Origin: Chloroflexota bacterium
GTDB taxonomy: Bacteria > Chloroflexota > Anaerolineae > 4572-78
Assembly (NCBI GenBank): GCA_024278725.1
Contig: JAJRSQ010000237.1
Coordinates: 1-43,640 of the forward strand
DNA length: 43,640 nucleotides
Reading direction: 5' to 3'
Shown here in pieces: positions 1 to 8,489 of this stretch; position 1 is the stretch's first letter; the number at the start of each line of letters is the position of its first letter. Below the pieces are notes generated by a model. That model was not told the origin of the DNA and searched no databases. It saw only the letters and a list, made by a program, of their open reading frames with translations. Made by a program: the position numbers and the translations under genes.

Positions 1-2070
1 CGTGAAGATTTGCTGAATTTGTTGCGCCAATCGCTCTAAATTTTGCGCCGCACCCTCAAGCTGACGCGCCCCTTCCACATTCTGTTCGCTGGCTTGTTTG
101 ATGTTCTCCATGGCTATTGCCACCTGTTCCACGCCCATCAACTGCTCTTTGCTGGACGCGGAGATGTGCATTGCCGCCTGCGCCGCTTCAGTGACGTGTT
201 CCGTCAACCCGCGAATGGCAACGCCGGCATCGTCCGATTGTTTCTTCCCCTTTTCCACCGCTTTCGACCCCTCTTCGGTGGTCATCACAGCTTTGGCAGT
301 GGCTTTCTGAATATCGTTCAGAATACCCTGCACCTGCACCGTGAATTGTTTGGATTGTTCCGCCAGATTTTTGATTTCCTGCGCCACCACGGCGAAACCT
401 TTGCCATGCTCCCCGGCTTTGGCGGCTTCGATGGCGGCATTCACCGCCAGCAAATTCGATTGTTCCGCCAAATCGTCCACGGCGGTGATGATATTGCCGA
501 TGGTCTGGCTCTGTTCGCTCAAATGGATGATGCTCTCGGCAATGGAACCGATATGGTGGTCAATGCGTTCCATTTCCGTCACCGCCTCTTCCACCGATTG
601 CAAACCGCTCTGCGAAAGTTCCGCGTTTTCCTGCACTTTCTCCGCCACCAGTTGCGCCTTTTCGGTGGTAACTTCGGCGGTTTGGCGCACCTCGGCAATG
701 GTGGCGGTGGTCTCGGTAATGGCGGATGCCGTCTGGCTGGCATTCGCTGCCAATTCCGCGGAAGTGGAAATGAGCTGGCTGGATGAAGACGACAGGATGG
801 CAACCCCGTTAATCAACTCCGAAGTTTGCTCGCGCAGGTTGTTCAGCATCGCTTTCAACGCCACGCCCAGCGTATCGCGCTCGGAGCGCACCGGCACATC
901 CACGCTCAAGTCACCGCCGGCAATTTTGTTCGCAGCAGCGGCAATCATCCGCTGGCTTTCAATCATCGCCTCAAAGGCGCGAGCAAACTCTCCGATTTCA
1001 TCTTTGCGCGGCACCAGTTTATGCACCGAAGCGGACAAATCCCCCTTTTTCGCCATTTTGGCGGCTTTGACCATATACCCCAGCGAACTAGTGATGACGC
1101 GCGTCATCGCCCAGCCAATCACCGCCCCCACAATGATGGTGATGATGATGAGCGGAATCAAGATGCGTTGCGTCTGAGATACAATCCGTTGCGCCTTCAT
1201 TTGGGCAGCGGAAAAGGCAGCTTGTTTTTCATCGGCAATGGCGCCCGCAGCCGCAACCATTGAATCTCCGACGCCAATCTGCGCCGAAATCAGCGACTGT
1301 TTTTCCGCAATATTGCCGTCCAAATTCTGCACCCCGACCCAATAAGCGTTGATTGCCGCTTCTATTTTTTGCAGGGTGGCAACATCCGCGTCATTTGCCA
1401 TCAATGCGGTGGAAAGTTTGGCGAGTTGCTCAATTGCCATGTCGTAATGGGTTTTCACCGTGTCAATATCCGTGCCCTTACTTTCCCCCATCAATAGCGC
1501 GGTGAACCGCACCACTTCCTGCCAGTGCAAAAACACGTTCCCGACCGAATTGAGCAGGGCGACATCATTCAATTGCGAAATATTGTCGCGCAGTTGAGTC
1601 AAATTTTCGTCAACCAGCGTCGCTTGAGACTCCAATGTAACGGCGAGATTTTCCTGCCGGGTCACCATTAATACGCGGATACGTTCCAGATTTTTATTGT
1701 ACGTCTCCGCGTTGGTGAGCAATTGTTCCAACGCCGCCACATTGGTGGAGTTGTCAACATCTTCCTGCTCCATCTCCGTCAGCATCTGTTGCAAGGCGGT
1801 ATATTCATTCTGATACAGTTGGAAGTCATCCATGTTCCCATCCGTGATGAAATGGAGCGCATGGAACCGCATCTGTTCGGTTTTTTGCAGAATGTCCGCC
1901 GCGTCGCGCTGTTCCACCGATAGGTGTTCCGTCATCAACGTGACCGTGTTGTTGATGCTGTTCAAACGCTCCAGCGCAACAATCCCGACCACCACCATCA
2001 ACAGCAGTATCAGCGCGAAACTTGCCATCATTTTGGTACCGAGCTTGAAATTTGCGAATAGATGATTCAT
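1..2070 (-). CDS. Methyl-accepting chemotaxis protein (extreme C-terminus runs off the window start)
   Basis: It is absent from the ORF track because there is no stop inside the window. My reverse translation starts at the ATG (rc of cat 2068-2070), with GGGAGGA 5 nt upstream. It reads [36 protein letters not shown]... (TM1), then a ~250-aa helical sensor region, TM2 plus HAMP ([19 protein letters not shown]...), and the conserved signalling hairpin [38 protein letters not shown]. The frame stays open to base 1 (...[15 protein letters not shown]). Confidence 0.9.
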   Translation of the reverse strand, partial: MNHLFANFKLGTKMMASFALILLLMVVVGIVALERLNSINNTVTLMTEHLSVEQRDAADILQKTEQMRFHALHFITDGNMDDFQLYQNEYTALQQMLTEMEQEDVDNSTNVAALEQLLTNAETYNKNLERIRVLMVTRQENLAVTLESQATLVDENLTQLRDNISQLNDVALLNSVGNVFLHWQEVVRFTALLMGESKGTDIDTVKTHYDMAIEQLAKLSTALMANDADVATLQKIEAAINAYWVGVQNLDGNIAEKQSLISAQIGVGDSMVAAAGAIADEKQAAFSAAQMKAQRIVSQTQRILIPLIIITIIVGAVIGWAMTRVITSSLGYMVKAAKMAKKGDLSASVHKLVPRKDEIGEFARAFEAMIESQRMIAAAANKIAGGDLSVDVPVRSERDTLGVALKAMLNNLREQTSELINGVAILSSSSSQLISTSAELAANASQTASAITETTATIAEVRQTAEVTTEKAQLVAEKVQENAELSQSGLQSVEEAVTEMERIDHHIGSIAESIIHLSEQSQTIGNIITAVDDLAEQSNLLAVNAAIEAAKAGEHGKGFAVVAQEIKNLAEQSKQFTVQVQGILNDIQKATAKAVMTTEEGSKAVEKGKKQSDDAGVAIRGLTEHVTEAAQAAMHISASSKEQLMGVEQVAIAMENIKQASEQNVEGARQLEGAAQNLERLAQQIQQIFT

Positions 2071-2105
2071 ATACGTCCTCCCGGTTTTGCTGAAACCAGA
2101 TTTTT

Positions 2106-2657
2106 CTATACCGTTTCCTGAACGACCAACCGCGAGTCGGTCAACATTCTGTATCCATCCAAAACAATGACCGTATCGGCGGTGACGCCCTGCACATAAT
2201 CCGCTTTAAACCCCAATAGCGTGGACGGGGGCGGTTGCAGCGTGTCAATGGCAAGCGATTGGACGCCCAAAATGCCGTCAACCGCCATCCCAAACGTCAT
2301 GGCATTGTGAGAAATGAGCAGCACCGTCCGCAGAGGCGCATCGGCATGCGAGGGCATTTCAAATAGTGTTTTTAAATTGATGATGGAAAAAATTTGCCCG
2401 CGAATGGCGACGATGCCCATCACAAACGGCGGGGTGCACGGCACGGGGGTGATGTCCCGCAGGATGAAGACATCATCCAAAAATTCCACCGGCAGCGCAT
2501 AGGTTTCGCCCGCCAGCGTGAAATAAAGGGCGTCCACAGAATGATGCGAATTGTCTTCCGTGACCACCCGCCGGGCAAGTGTTTTCGCACGGGCGCGCAA
2601 AATGTCTTTGACGGTTTGCCGGGCAATTTTTTCTGCTTGTGTTTCTGCGTCAGGCAT
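2106..2657 (-). CDS. cheW: CheW-like coupling protein
   Basis: 183-aa ORF. The CheW-fold signature is [56 protein letters not shown]. It is co-directional with the MCP, 36 bp upstream of it. Confidence 0.85.
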   Translation of the reverse strand: MPDAETQAEKIARQTVKDILRARAKTLARRVVTEDNSHHSVDALYFTLAGETYALPVEFLDDVFILRDITPVPCTPPFVMGIVAIRGQIFSIINLKTLFEMPSHADAPLRTVLLISHNAMTFGMAVDGILGVQSLAIDTLQPPPSTLLGFKADYVQGVTADTVIVLDGYRMLTDSRLVVQETV

Positions 2658-2667
2658 AGGTTTCTCG

Positions 2668-4128
2668 CTACTGTGACAGTAAATTTTCGGTCATTTGCCG
2701 CAATGTGTCGGCGGTCAATTCATCCGACCCCGGCAGCGGGGCGTTGGGAGGGACGTTTTGCAAAAGTTTCTGCAAAATTCGATACTGCCGCCGCGCCGCC
2801 TCAACATCTCCCCAACGGTGATACAAATTTCCCAACGAAAAATGCGCCATTACAAAATTTTGGTCTAAAAATACGGCGCGTTTCAGCGCGTCGCGCGCCG
2901 CCGCTTCGTCTTTTTTCGCCAGCAGAACCATTGCCAGCAAATAATGATACAGCGGATTCACTTTGTCGCGTTCAATGGCGCGCTGACACCACGCTTCGGC
3001 GGCGGCGAGGTCTTTTTGGTTGGCGTGCGCGTACACCAGCAGTTGCAGGGCATCCGGGTGGGCAGTCAACGCGCCATCATCGGCAGAGAGGAAATTTTCC
3101 AGCAATGCGGTAACGGCGGCATAGTTCCCGCGCCGGTACGCGGCGAGCGCCCGGCGCATCACCCTCGGCTGCGGGGGAGATGCGCCGCGCAATTTCAGGC
3201 GCGCCGATTTTTCGGACGATATTTTTCCGGCGGAACCCTTCGGTGCGGTTTTCAACGGGGCGGATGCCGGTTTCTGCGGTGATGCGGGATGCGCTCTCCG
3301 GAAACACACCACCGAGCCGATGTTCAATCTGAGCAGCGAGGGCAACGCCACGTGTGGCGCTTCGGCGGGGCTGACCAGCAGATAGCCGCCGGGCGCGAGG
3401 GTCATTTCCATCTTCCCGATGATTTCCGCATTCGTTTGGGCTGAAAAGTAGATGAGGACATTCCGGCAGAGTATCACATCAATCTCAACCAGCCCTTTCA
3501 GAAAAGAAGGGAAGACATCTGCCACGAGATTGAACGGGAAAAACGTGACCATCCGCCGAATTTCGGGCGCAATTTGATGACGGTCGTCAGAGACCGGTGA
3601 AAAATATTTCTCCCGATACCCGGCGGGGAGTTGCCGAAATGACCACTCCCGATAGATGCCCGTTTTGGCGCGTTCAATCGCCGATTCGTTGATGTCGGTG
3701 GCGAAAATACGGGCGCGCCATTCCGGCGGCATGATTTGCCGCAACAAAATTGCCACGGAATACGGCTCTTCGCCGGTTGAGGCAGCGGCGCACCATACCC
3801 GCACTTCGCGCTGTTCACGATGCGGGTCGGTGAAGATGTCGGGAAAAATTTTGGTGCGGAGGGCGTCAAAACTTTTCGCGTCCCGAAAGAAATATGTCTC
3901 CCCAACGGTGAGATGTTTCGCCAGCACTGCAATTTGCGCGCGGGACAGGGGGGTCGAAAGCAGCCACGCCGCGCAAGCGCCCACATCATCAAAACCGAAC
4001 TCTTTTGCCGCCGGGGTGAGCCGCGCGATTAAATCGTTGCGGCGGTTCGGCGGGAAGACAATGCCCAGCACTTCTTCGATGCGCCGGCTCAATTGCGTCC
4101 AAACCGTATCAGGAACGTTTTCCACCAT
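2668..4128 (-). CDS. cheR: CheR-type protein-glutamate O-methyltransferase with C-terminal TPR repeats
   Basis: 486 aa. The CheR SAM-binding core is VRVWCAAASTGEEPYSVAILL...ILCRNVLIYF. The C-terminal ~170 aa are TPR-like (AHFSLGNLYHRWGDVEAARRQYRILQKLL). Its start overlaps the upstream cheW stop by 1 nt (ATGA-type coupling at 4126-4130). Confidence 0.9.
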   Translation of the reverse strand: MVENVPDTVWTQLSRRIEEVLGIVFPPNRRNDLIARLTPAAKEFGFDDVGACAAWLLSTPLSRAQIAVLAKHLTVGETYFFRDAKSFDALRTKIFPDIFTDPHREQREVRVWCAAASTGEEPYSVAILLRQIMPPEWRARIFATDINESAIERAKTGIYREWSFRQLPAGYREKYFSPVSDDRHQIAPEIRRMVTFFPFNLVADVFPSFLKGLVEIDVILCRNVLIYFSAQTNAEIIGKMEMTLAPGGYLLVSPAEAPHVALPSLLRLNIGSVVCFRRAHPASPQKPASAPLKTAPKGSAGKISSEKSARLKLRGASPPQPRVMRRALAAYRRGNYAAVTALLENFLSADDGALTAHPDALQLLVYAHANQKDLAAAEAWCQRAIERDKVNPLYHYLLAMVLLAKKDEAAARDALKRAVFLDQNFVMAHFSLGNLYHRWGDVEAARRQYRILQKLLQNVPPNAPLPGSDELTADTLRQMTENLLSQ

Positions 4129-4700
4129 CAGATGTTGTCCCTTCCGTCACCCATCAACACCGCCAAATCATCCGGCGGCACTTCCGGCACATCCAATGAG
4201 GGGATTGCCTCCAGATTGCACAAATACACAGCTTCGCCATGATGCTCCAGCACGCCCTGAAGAATTTTCGATTGAATTTGAACTTTCTGCGCCCGCATCA
4301 CCTCAATCAACGGCGGCTCCAGAATATCCAGCACGGTATCGACCAAAAATGCCGCCATTGTTTCGCCGGTTTGCACCAAAATGAGCCGGTCATTCAACCG
4401 AATCGGCGTTTCGGGCAATTTGAACCATCGCCGCAGGTTGAACACCGGCACAATATCGCCATGCAAATTGATGACTCCCTCCATCACCGGCGGGGAATCG
4501 GGCACGGGAACGATGTCCACCACCCGCAACACCCGCTGCACGGATTCGAGCGGCAAGGCGTAGGTGCGGTTATCCAATTGAAACATCAAGTAGCGATATT
4601 GCGAAGTCATATTCTGCCCACAAGTGCATATTTTCTCACTCCATACATTATACGCCGAAAGGCACACTGATTTCCATAAAACCCACGTAAAGATTTTCAC
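4128..4700 (-). CDS. cheW: CheW-like coupling protein (second copy; true start probably ATG at 4610)
   Basis: The CheW signature is YLMFQLDNRTYALPLESVQRVLRVVDIVPVPDSPPVMEGVINLHGDIVPVFNLRRWF. The first 30 codons of the track ORF (MKIFTWVLWKSVCLS...) look non-coding. MTSQYRYLMF at 4610 is the more plausible start. Confidence 0.8.
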   Translation of the reverse strand: MKIFTWVLWKSVCLSAYNVWSEKICTCGQNMTSQYRYLMFQLDNRTYALPLESVQRVLRVVDIVPVPDSPPVMEGVINLHGDIVPVFNLRRWFKLPETPIRLNDRLILVQTGETMAAFLVDTVLDILEPPLIEVMRAQKVQIQSKILQGVLEHHGEAVYLCNLEAIPSLDVPEVPPDDLAVLMGDGRDNI

Positions 4701-4718
4701 CCAATTCCGCAGGTAAAA

Positions 4719-4747
4719 TTGAACAGATGCTCATTTGCGGGTATAAT
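4719..4747 (+). promoter_or_regulatory. Sigma-70-like promoter for the ecsC-like/AIM24 operon
   Basis: TTGAAC (4719-4724), an exact 17-nt spacer, then TATAAT (4742-4747). It ends 32 nt upstream of the ATG at 4780, in the divergent intergenic region shared with the che operon. Confidence 0.6.
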
Positions 4748-4779
4748 GTCCCGAAATACGCGCAATTATTGAGTTAAAT

Positions 4780-5739
4780 ATGCCCGATTCCCTCAAATCT
4801 CAGGCAGAACGGATTGTCTCTGTCATCAATCAAGAGTTATCTCAAGCAGATACCCCCCCCGAAAGCGACGCGAGTCGGCGGGCAACGGCGCTGTTCAACC
4901 GGCTGATGGGTTCCATCAACGATGTGGATTTGCAGGCGGCGGCGGAACGGGTGCACGCGCTGAAATCGGCACACCCGCAGGCATCCGACGACGAGCTGGT
5001 GCGGCGGCTCATCAAGCAGAAAACGCAGCGCACTGCCACCATTGGCGCGGCGACCTCCGGCGCGGGACTGGTTCCAGGCATCGGCACTGCCACCGCGCTG
5101 ATTGTCGGCACGGCGGCGGACATCAGCGCAACCTTCAAATTGCAGGCAGAACTGGTGCTGGAAATTGCCCATGTCCACGAATATCCCCTTTCGGAAGACG
5201 AGAAGCGGCGGCTGGTGCTGCTCATCACCGGGTTGAGCGCAGGCGCGCGCTCGCTGGCGCAAAAAGCGGGACAGCGCGCCGGCATGAAAATCGGCGAAGT
5301 TTTTGCGGAAAAAGCGGTGCTGAAAGCGTTGCCCGTGGTCGGCATCATCGCCTCGGCGGGAACGAATGCCCTTGCCACCTACATCATCGGGCAACGGGCG
5401 GATGCCTATTTCCGGCTGGGGGAAGCGGGTCTGCAAAGCTGGCAGGACAGCCTGCGCGCCATCAGCGGGGTGGATGAACGAAACATCGCTCGCTGGTTGG
5501 AGGCGCAGACGCATGCCGCCGGGACAATGGTGGGAGACGCGGGCGCGGCGGTCGGCGAGCAGGTGCGGCGCACCACCGAAGCCATCGCCACCACCGGCGT
5601 GAAAGCCGCACAGACGCAAAAACGCTGGACGCAAAGCTTTTGGCAGATGATATTTCGCGGGATAAAACGCATTGGCGGCATTTTTCTCGCGCCTTTCAAA
5701 ATGATGCAACGTTTTCGTATCTCAACTCGTAAAGATTAA
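4780..5739 (+). CDS. EcsC-family protein
   Basis: 319 aa. The central Gly/Ala-rich hydrophobic segment (TATIGAATSGAGLVPGIGTATALIVGTAADISATFKLQAELVLEIAHVHEYPLSEDE...LPVVGIIASAGTNALATYIIGQRA) matches my memory of the EcsC (PF12787) pattern. It has its own promoter. Confidence 0.55.
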   Translation: MPDSLKSQAERIVSVINQELSQADTPPESDASRRATALFNRLMGSINDVDLQAAAERVHALKSAHPQASDDELVRRLIKQKTQRTATIGAATSGAGLVPGIGTATALIVGTAADISATFKLQAELVLEIAHVHEYPLSEDEKRRLVLLITGLSAGARSLAQKAGQRAGMKIGEVFAEKAVLKALPVVGIIASAGTNALATYIIGQRADAYFRLGEAGLQSWQDSLRAISGVDERNIARWLEAQTHAAGTMVGDAGAAVGEQVRRTTEAIATTGVKAAQTQKRWTQSFWQMIFRGIKRIGGIFLAPFKMMQRFRISTRKD

Positions 5740-5775
5740 TGGTATCACATTTACAACCCTTACAAGGAGGATATT

Positions 5776-6612
5776 ATGAGCGATTCATTAACCGGTCAGG
5801 GCGGCGCACTGCCCCCCAAACTCGACACCACGGTGGAACACGTTCAAACGGAGTTTCAAGGTGAAGCGGGGCGCATCAGCTACCGCATTGACGGCACAAC
5901 CCTGCAAGTGGTCACCATTCAACTCGAACCCGGCGAGGTCGTCTATTCTGAATCGGGCGGGATGAGCTGGATGAGCGCCAATGTGGAAATGAAAACCCAC
6001 AGCGGCGGCGGGCTGGGGAAAATGCTCAAGCGGGCGTTCTCCGGCGAATCGTTATTCATCACCGACTTTTTCGTCAACAAAGGGACGGGGATTGTAGCAT
6101 TCGCCAACGAATTTCCGGGCAAAATCATCCCCTTCGATTTGGCGGCGGGTCAAAGCCTGATTATGCAGAAAGACGCATTCATGGTCGCCGAAAAGACCGT
6201 CGATTTGGACATCCATTTCCGCAAAAAACTGGGAACGGGATTCTTCGGCGGAGAAGGGTTCATCATGCAACGCGCCACCGGTCCCGGGCTGGTCTTCGCC
6301 GAATTGGATGGGGAAGTGGTGGAATACCATCTGGAAGCGGGGCAGGTGTTGAAGGTGGATACCGGCTATGTGGCAATGTTTGAACCGTCGGTGAAATTTG
6401 ACGTGACGATGGTCAAGGGGTTCCGCAACATCATTCTGGGCGGCGAAGGGTTGTTCCTGGCGCGGCTCGAAGGTCCGGGGCGGGTCTGGCTGCAAACTAT
6501 GCCGATGACCAAACTGGCGAACAAGATTCTGCAATATATGCCCAAAGCCGGGGGCGGTTCCGGCGGCTCCGGGGGCTTCAATGTAAACCTCGGCGATTTG
6601 CTGGGAGGCTGA
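5776..6612 (+). CDS. AIM24/TIGR00266 (DUF124) family protein
   Basis: 278 aa with AAGGAGG 7 nt upstream. The repeated beta-rich pattern is characteristic of the family: LEPGEVVYSESGGMSWMS...GESLFITDF...GKIIPFDL...LIMQKDAFMVAE...GGEGFIMQRATGPGLVFAELDGEVVEYHLEAGQVLKVDTGYVAMFEPSV...GGEGLFLARLEGPGRVWLQTMP. It ends in a Gly-rich tail. Confidence 0.8.
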   Translation: MSDSLTGQGGALPPKLDTTVEHVQTEFQGEAGRISYRIDGTTLQVVTIQLEPGEVVYSESGGMSWMSANVEMKTHSGGGLGKMLKRAFSGESLFITDFFVNKGTGIVAFANEFPGKIIPFDLAAGQSLIMQKDAFMVAEKTVDLDIHFRKKLGTGFFGGEGFIMQRATGPGLVFAELDGEVVEYHLEAGQVLKVDTGYVAMFEPSVKFDVTMVKGFRNIILGGEGLFLARLEGPGRVWLQTMPMTKLANKILQYMPKAGGGSGGSGGFNVNLGDLLGG

Positions 6613-6613
6613 T

Positions 6614-6805
6614 GTGGGCGTGATGGAACTTTCGCTGCTGGTGCTACTGTGCGTCATCCCCCTGGCGCTCATTGTGGGAGGCGGGGTGGTGCTGGGGCTG
6701 CTCAAGCTCGGCGTCATCGGCAGTTATTGGCTGAAGGGAGATACCACCGAATCGGGGGGGACGTACACGCTGAATCAGAGCAAAGATGTCGCCGACGACG
6801 AATAG
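6614..6805 (+). CDS. Small single-pass membrane protein (hypothetical)
   Basis: 63 aa (GTG 6614, or ATG 6623). It begins 2 nt after the AIM24 stop. There is one strong TM segment (LSLLVLLCVIPLALIVGGGVVLGLLKLGVIG) and an acidic tail. A terminator hairpin follows. Confidence 0.5.
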   Translation: MGVMELSLLVLLCVIPLALIVGGGVVLGLLKLGVIGSYWLKGDTTESGGTYTLNQSKDVADDE

Positions 6806-6811
6806 AATCAG

Positions 6812-6846
6812 AAAGCCCACGCCGGTTTCGGTGCGGGCTTTTTTGA
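6812..6846 (+). terminator. Rho-independent terminator of the ecsC-AIM24 operon
   Basis: The GC-rich imperfect hairpin AAAGCCCAC...GTGCGGGCTTT is followed by a T-run (6839-6844). Confidence 0.6.
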
Positions 6847-6874
6847 TGCGCGACATCATTGAATTTCAACAATT

Positions 6875-6989
6875 GTCATTGCGAGCGCAGCGAAGTTGAA
6901 AATGCCCGAAGGGTGCAATCGCCATCGTTGCACACGGGGCGTGCTTACCCCGTTGGGGCACAGGTCGGCGCTGTGCGCCTCGCAATGAC
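6875..6989. repeat. Palindromic MITE/REP-like element, copy 1 (115 bp)
   Basis: The termini GTCATTGCGAG (6875-6885) and CTCGCAATGAC (6979-6989) are exact inverted repeats. The first 49 bp (6875-6923) are 48/49 identical to the reverse complement of 7863-7911. The element is flanked by a direct repeat TGAATTTCAAC (6860-6870 and 6993-7003). Confidence 0.85.
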
Positions 6990-6998
6990 ATCTGAATT

Positions 6999-7775
6999 TC
7001 AACCGATTTCCTGCGGCAAAAACCATTGCCGCATGGCGTACAGTGAAAATCCGAGCCGGTTGAAAAGGGAGAATCCCATCGGGGTGGCGTAAATCAATCC
7101 CAAATCACACCCACCCTGACGCGCGTCATGTAGAATATAATTCAACAACGTGGTCGCCAACCCACGCCGCCGAAAATTATCGAGCGTCGCCAAATGCCAC
7201 ACGCTGGCAACGCCATCGGCGCACACCAGTGTGCCGCACGCCACCGGCACGCCATCATCCGCAAACCCGATGTAATGCCGCAAGCGGTCATTGTGCAGGT
7301 GGGTGGACGGATACAGCAGCATCACTTCTTCCGGCGTGTAATCATACACGGCGCGCAAAACGGAATAAAATGCCGTCAAATCGGGGACGGTGGACACTCT
7401 GATGATGTCGAAATCGGTGCGCGGGGCGACATTCACCGGCAAATTTTCCGATGCCACCACCGGCTGCGGGGGCAGGGGCTGGTAACGGCGGGTGGAAAGA
7501 TATTCCGTGCCGTCGGGGACGCGGTGCTCTTCCAAACTGACGGCATACATGGTGTGCCGGGTGTTGAAAAATGCCGCCGCATCCGCCAGCGATTCGTCGG
7601 TCAATCCGGTCAGACGCAGGGGGATGAAAAAATTGAAGGTGGGCAAATCGGTGCCGGTATAGCCCAGCACATAATCGTCATTGCGCTCCACCTCCCCTTC
7701 TCCGGAAAGTTCCGCCAGCGTGAGATGGGCTTCGATGGCGTGTGTATCCAATCGTTGGCGTTGTTTGTCATCCAT
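6999..7775 (-). CDS. GNAT-family N-acetyltransferase (two-domain, about 258 aa)
   Basis: The C-terminal GNAT core is VACGTLVCADGVASVWHLATLDNFRRRGLATTLLNYILHDARQGGCDLGLIYATPMGFSLFNRLGF. I place the start at MDDKQRQ (ATG rc at 7773-7775), which has GAAGGAG upstream. The 28 extra N-terminal codons of the track ORF (to 7859) are encoded by repeat copy 2. Confidence 0.8.
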   Translation of the reverse strand: MDDKQRQRLDTHAIEAHLTLAELSGEGEVERNDDYVLGYTGTDLPTFNFFIPLRLTGLTDESLADAAAFFNTRHTMYAVSLEEHRVPDGTEYLSTRRYQPLPPQPVVASENLPVNVAPRTDFDIIRVSTVPDLTAFYSVLRAVYDYTPEEVMLLYPSTHLHNDRLRHYIGFADDGVPVACGTLVCADGVASVWHLATLDNFRRRGLATTLLNYILHDARQGGCDLGLIYATPMGFSLFNRLGFSLYAMRQWFLPQEIG

Positions 7776-7814
7776 AGATGAAGTTACTCCTTCGTATTGG
7801 TATTTATACAGGGG

Positions 7815-7911
7815 TGTCATTGCGAAGCCCGTAGGGCTGAAGCAATCCCCACTATTCAACCCGGCGATTGCACCCTTCGGGCATTTTCAACTTCGCTTCG
7901 CTCGCAATGAC
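7815..7911. repeat. Palindromic MITE/REP-like element, copy 2 (97 bp)
   Basis: It runs TGTCATTGCGAAG (7815-7827) ... CTCGCAATGAC (7901-7911). The left half, GTCATTGCGAAGCCCGTAGGGCTGAAGCAATCCCC, resembles copy 3. The right 49 bp are the inverted match of copy 1. Confidence 0.85.
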
Positions 7912-7960
7912 ATTTGTCACACTGATGGCTGTATAGATACTCGTATTGAAATTATCCACA

Positions 7961-8422
7961 TCACGGAAGTGCCGTCAGTTGTTCCGCAAATTCCAGCATT
8001 TTCCCAACCAGTTGATCAACCACATAACTTTTGACGGTGAAAATCCGCTCGTTGCGGGTACGGCGCATCAGCAGCGATTCCGCCGTTGTGCTGCCCACAA
8101 TTTCCGCAATTTGGCGGTGATTGTCCACAAACTCGGTCAGCAATGCCGCGCCACCGACATGCTTCCGCGTCGCCACCGCCCGCCGATTGCGGGCATCCGC
8201 GTCCACTGCGGGCAACGGGTTATCAATCTGGTTGAGTACCATCGGCAGAATGGTGAGCACATATTCCTGCCAGCCAATCAACTGCGCCAGTGCATCATGC
8301 GCGGAAATGTCGGCATCATCCAGCGTTTGGGTCAACGCCGTATCGGAACGTTGCGACACGGCTTGCCGCACCATTTCGGCAGCGTGGTTCAAATCAGAAA
8401 CTGCGGTGGCAACTGTATCCAT
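7961..8422 (-). CDS. Hypothetical protein, possibly a DinB/ClbS(DfsB)-like four-helix bundle
   Basis: 153 aa with GGAGGAAATGAGCA upstream of the ATG. It is all-helical in character. The segment AHDALAQLIGWQEYVL...DADARNRRAV resembles the DinB_2/DUF1706 pattern (xHLxxW...N). The assignment is weak. Confidence 0.35.
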   Translation of the reverse strand: MDTVATAVSDLNHAAEMVRQAVSQRSDTALTQTLDDADISAHDALAQLIGWQEYVLTILPMVLNQIDNPLPAVDADARNRRAVATRKHVGGAALLTEFVDNHRQIAEIVGSTTAESLLMRRTRNERIFTVKSYVVDQLVGKMLEFAEQLTALP

Positions 8423-8489
8423 TGCTCATTTCCTCCGGATTTTCCGGCAACTACTCGCCCCCTATTATGCCCCACTCTTGCCGGAAAAG

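Noticed and set aside
43-1263. Several plus-strand ORFs (247, 278 and 145 aa) at the window start
   Set aside because: All are antisense frames of the MCP gene. The MCP reads cleanly on the minus strand from 2070 to position 1, with HAMP and signalling-domain motifs.
1-4700. Naming the chemosensory genes wspA-D
   Set aside because: The gene order (W-R-W-MCP) differs from wspABCD. No CheA-REC, CheB or REC-GGDEF gene is visible in the window, so only the general alternative-function flavour can be stated.
7776-7859. N-terminal extension of the GNAT ORF (MNSGDCFSPTGFAMTPLYKYQYEGVTSS)
   Set aside because: It is encoded largely by palindromic repeat copy 2. A better SD-ATG combination exists at 7775.
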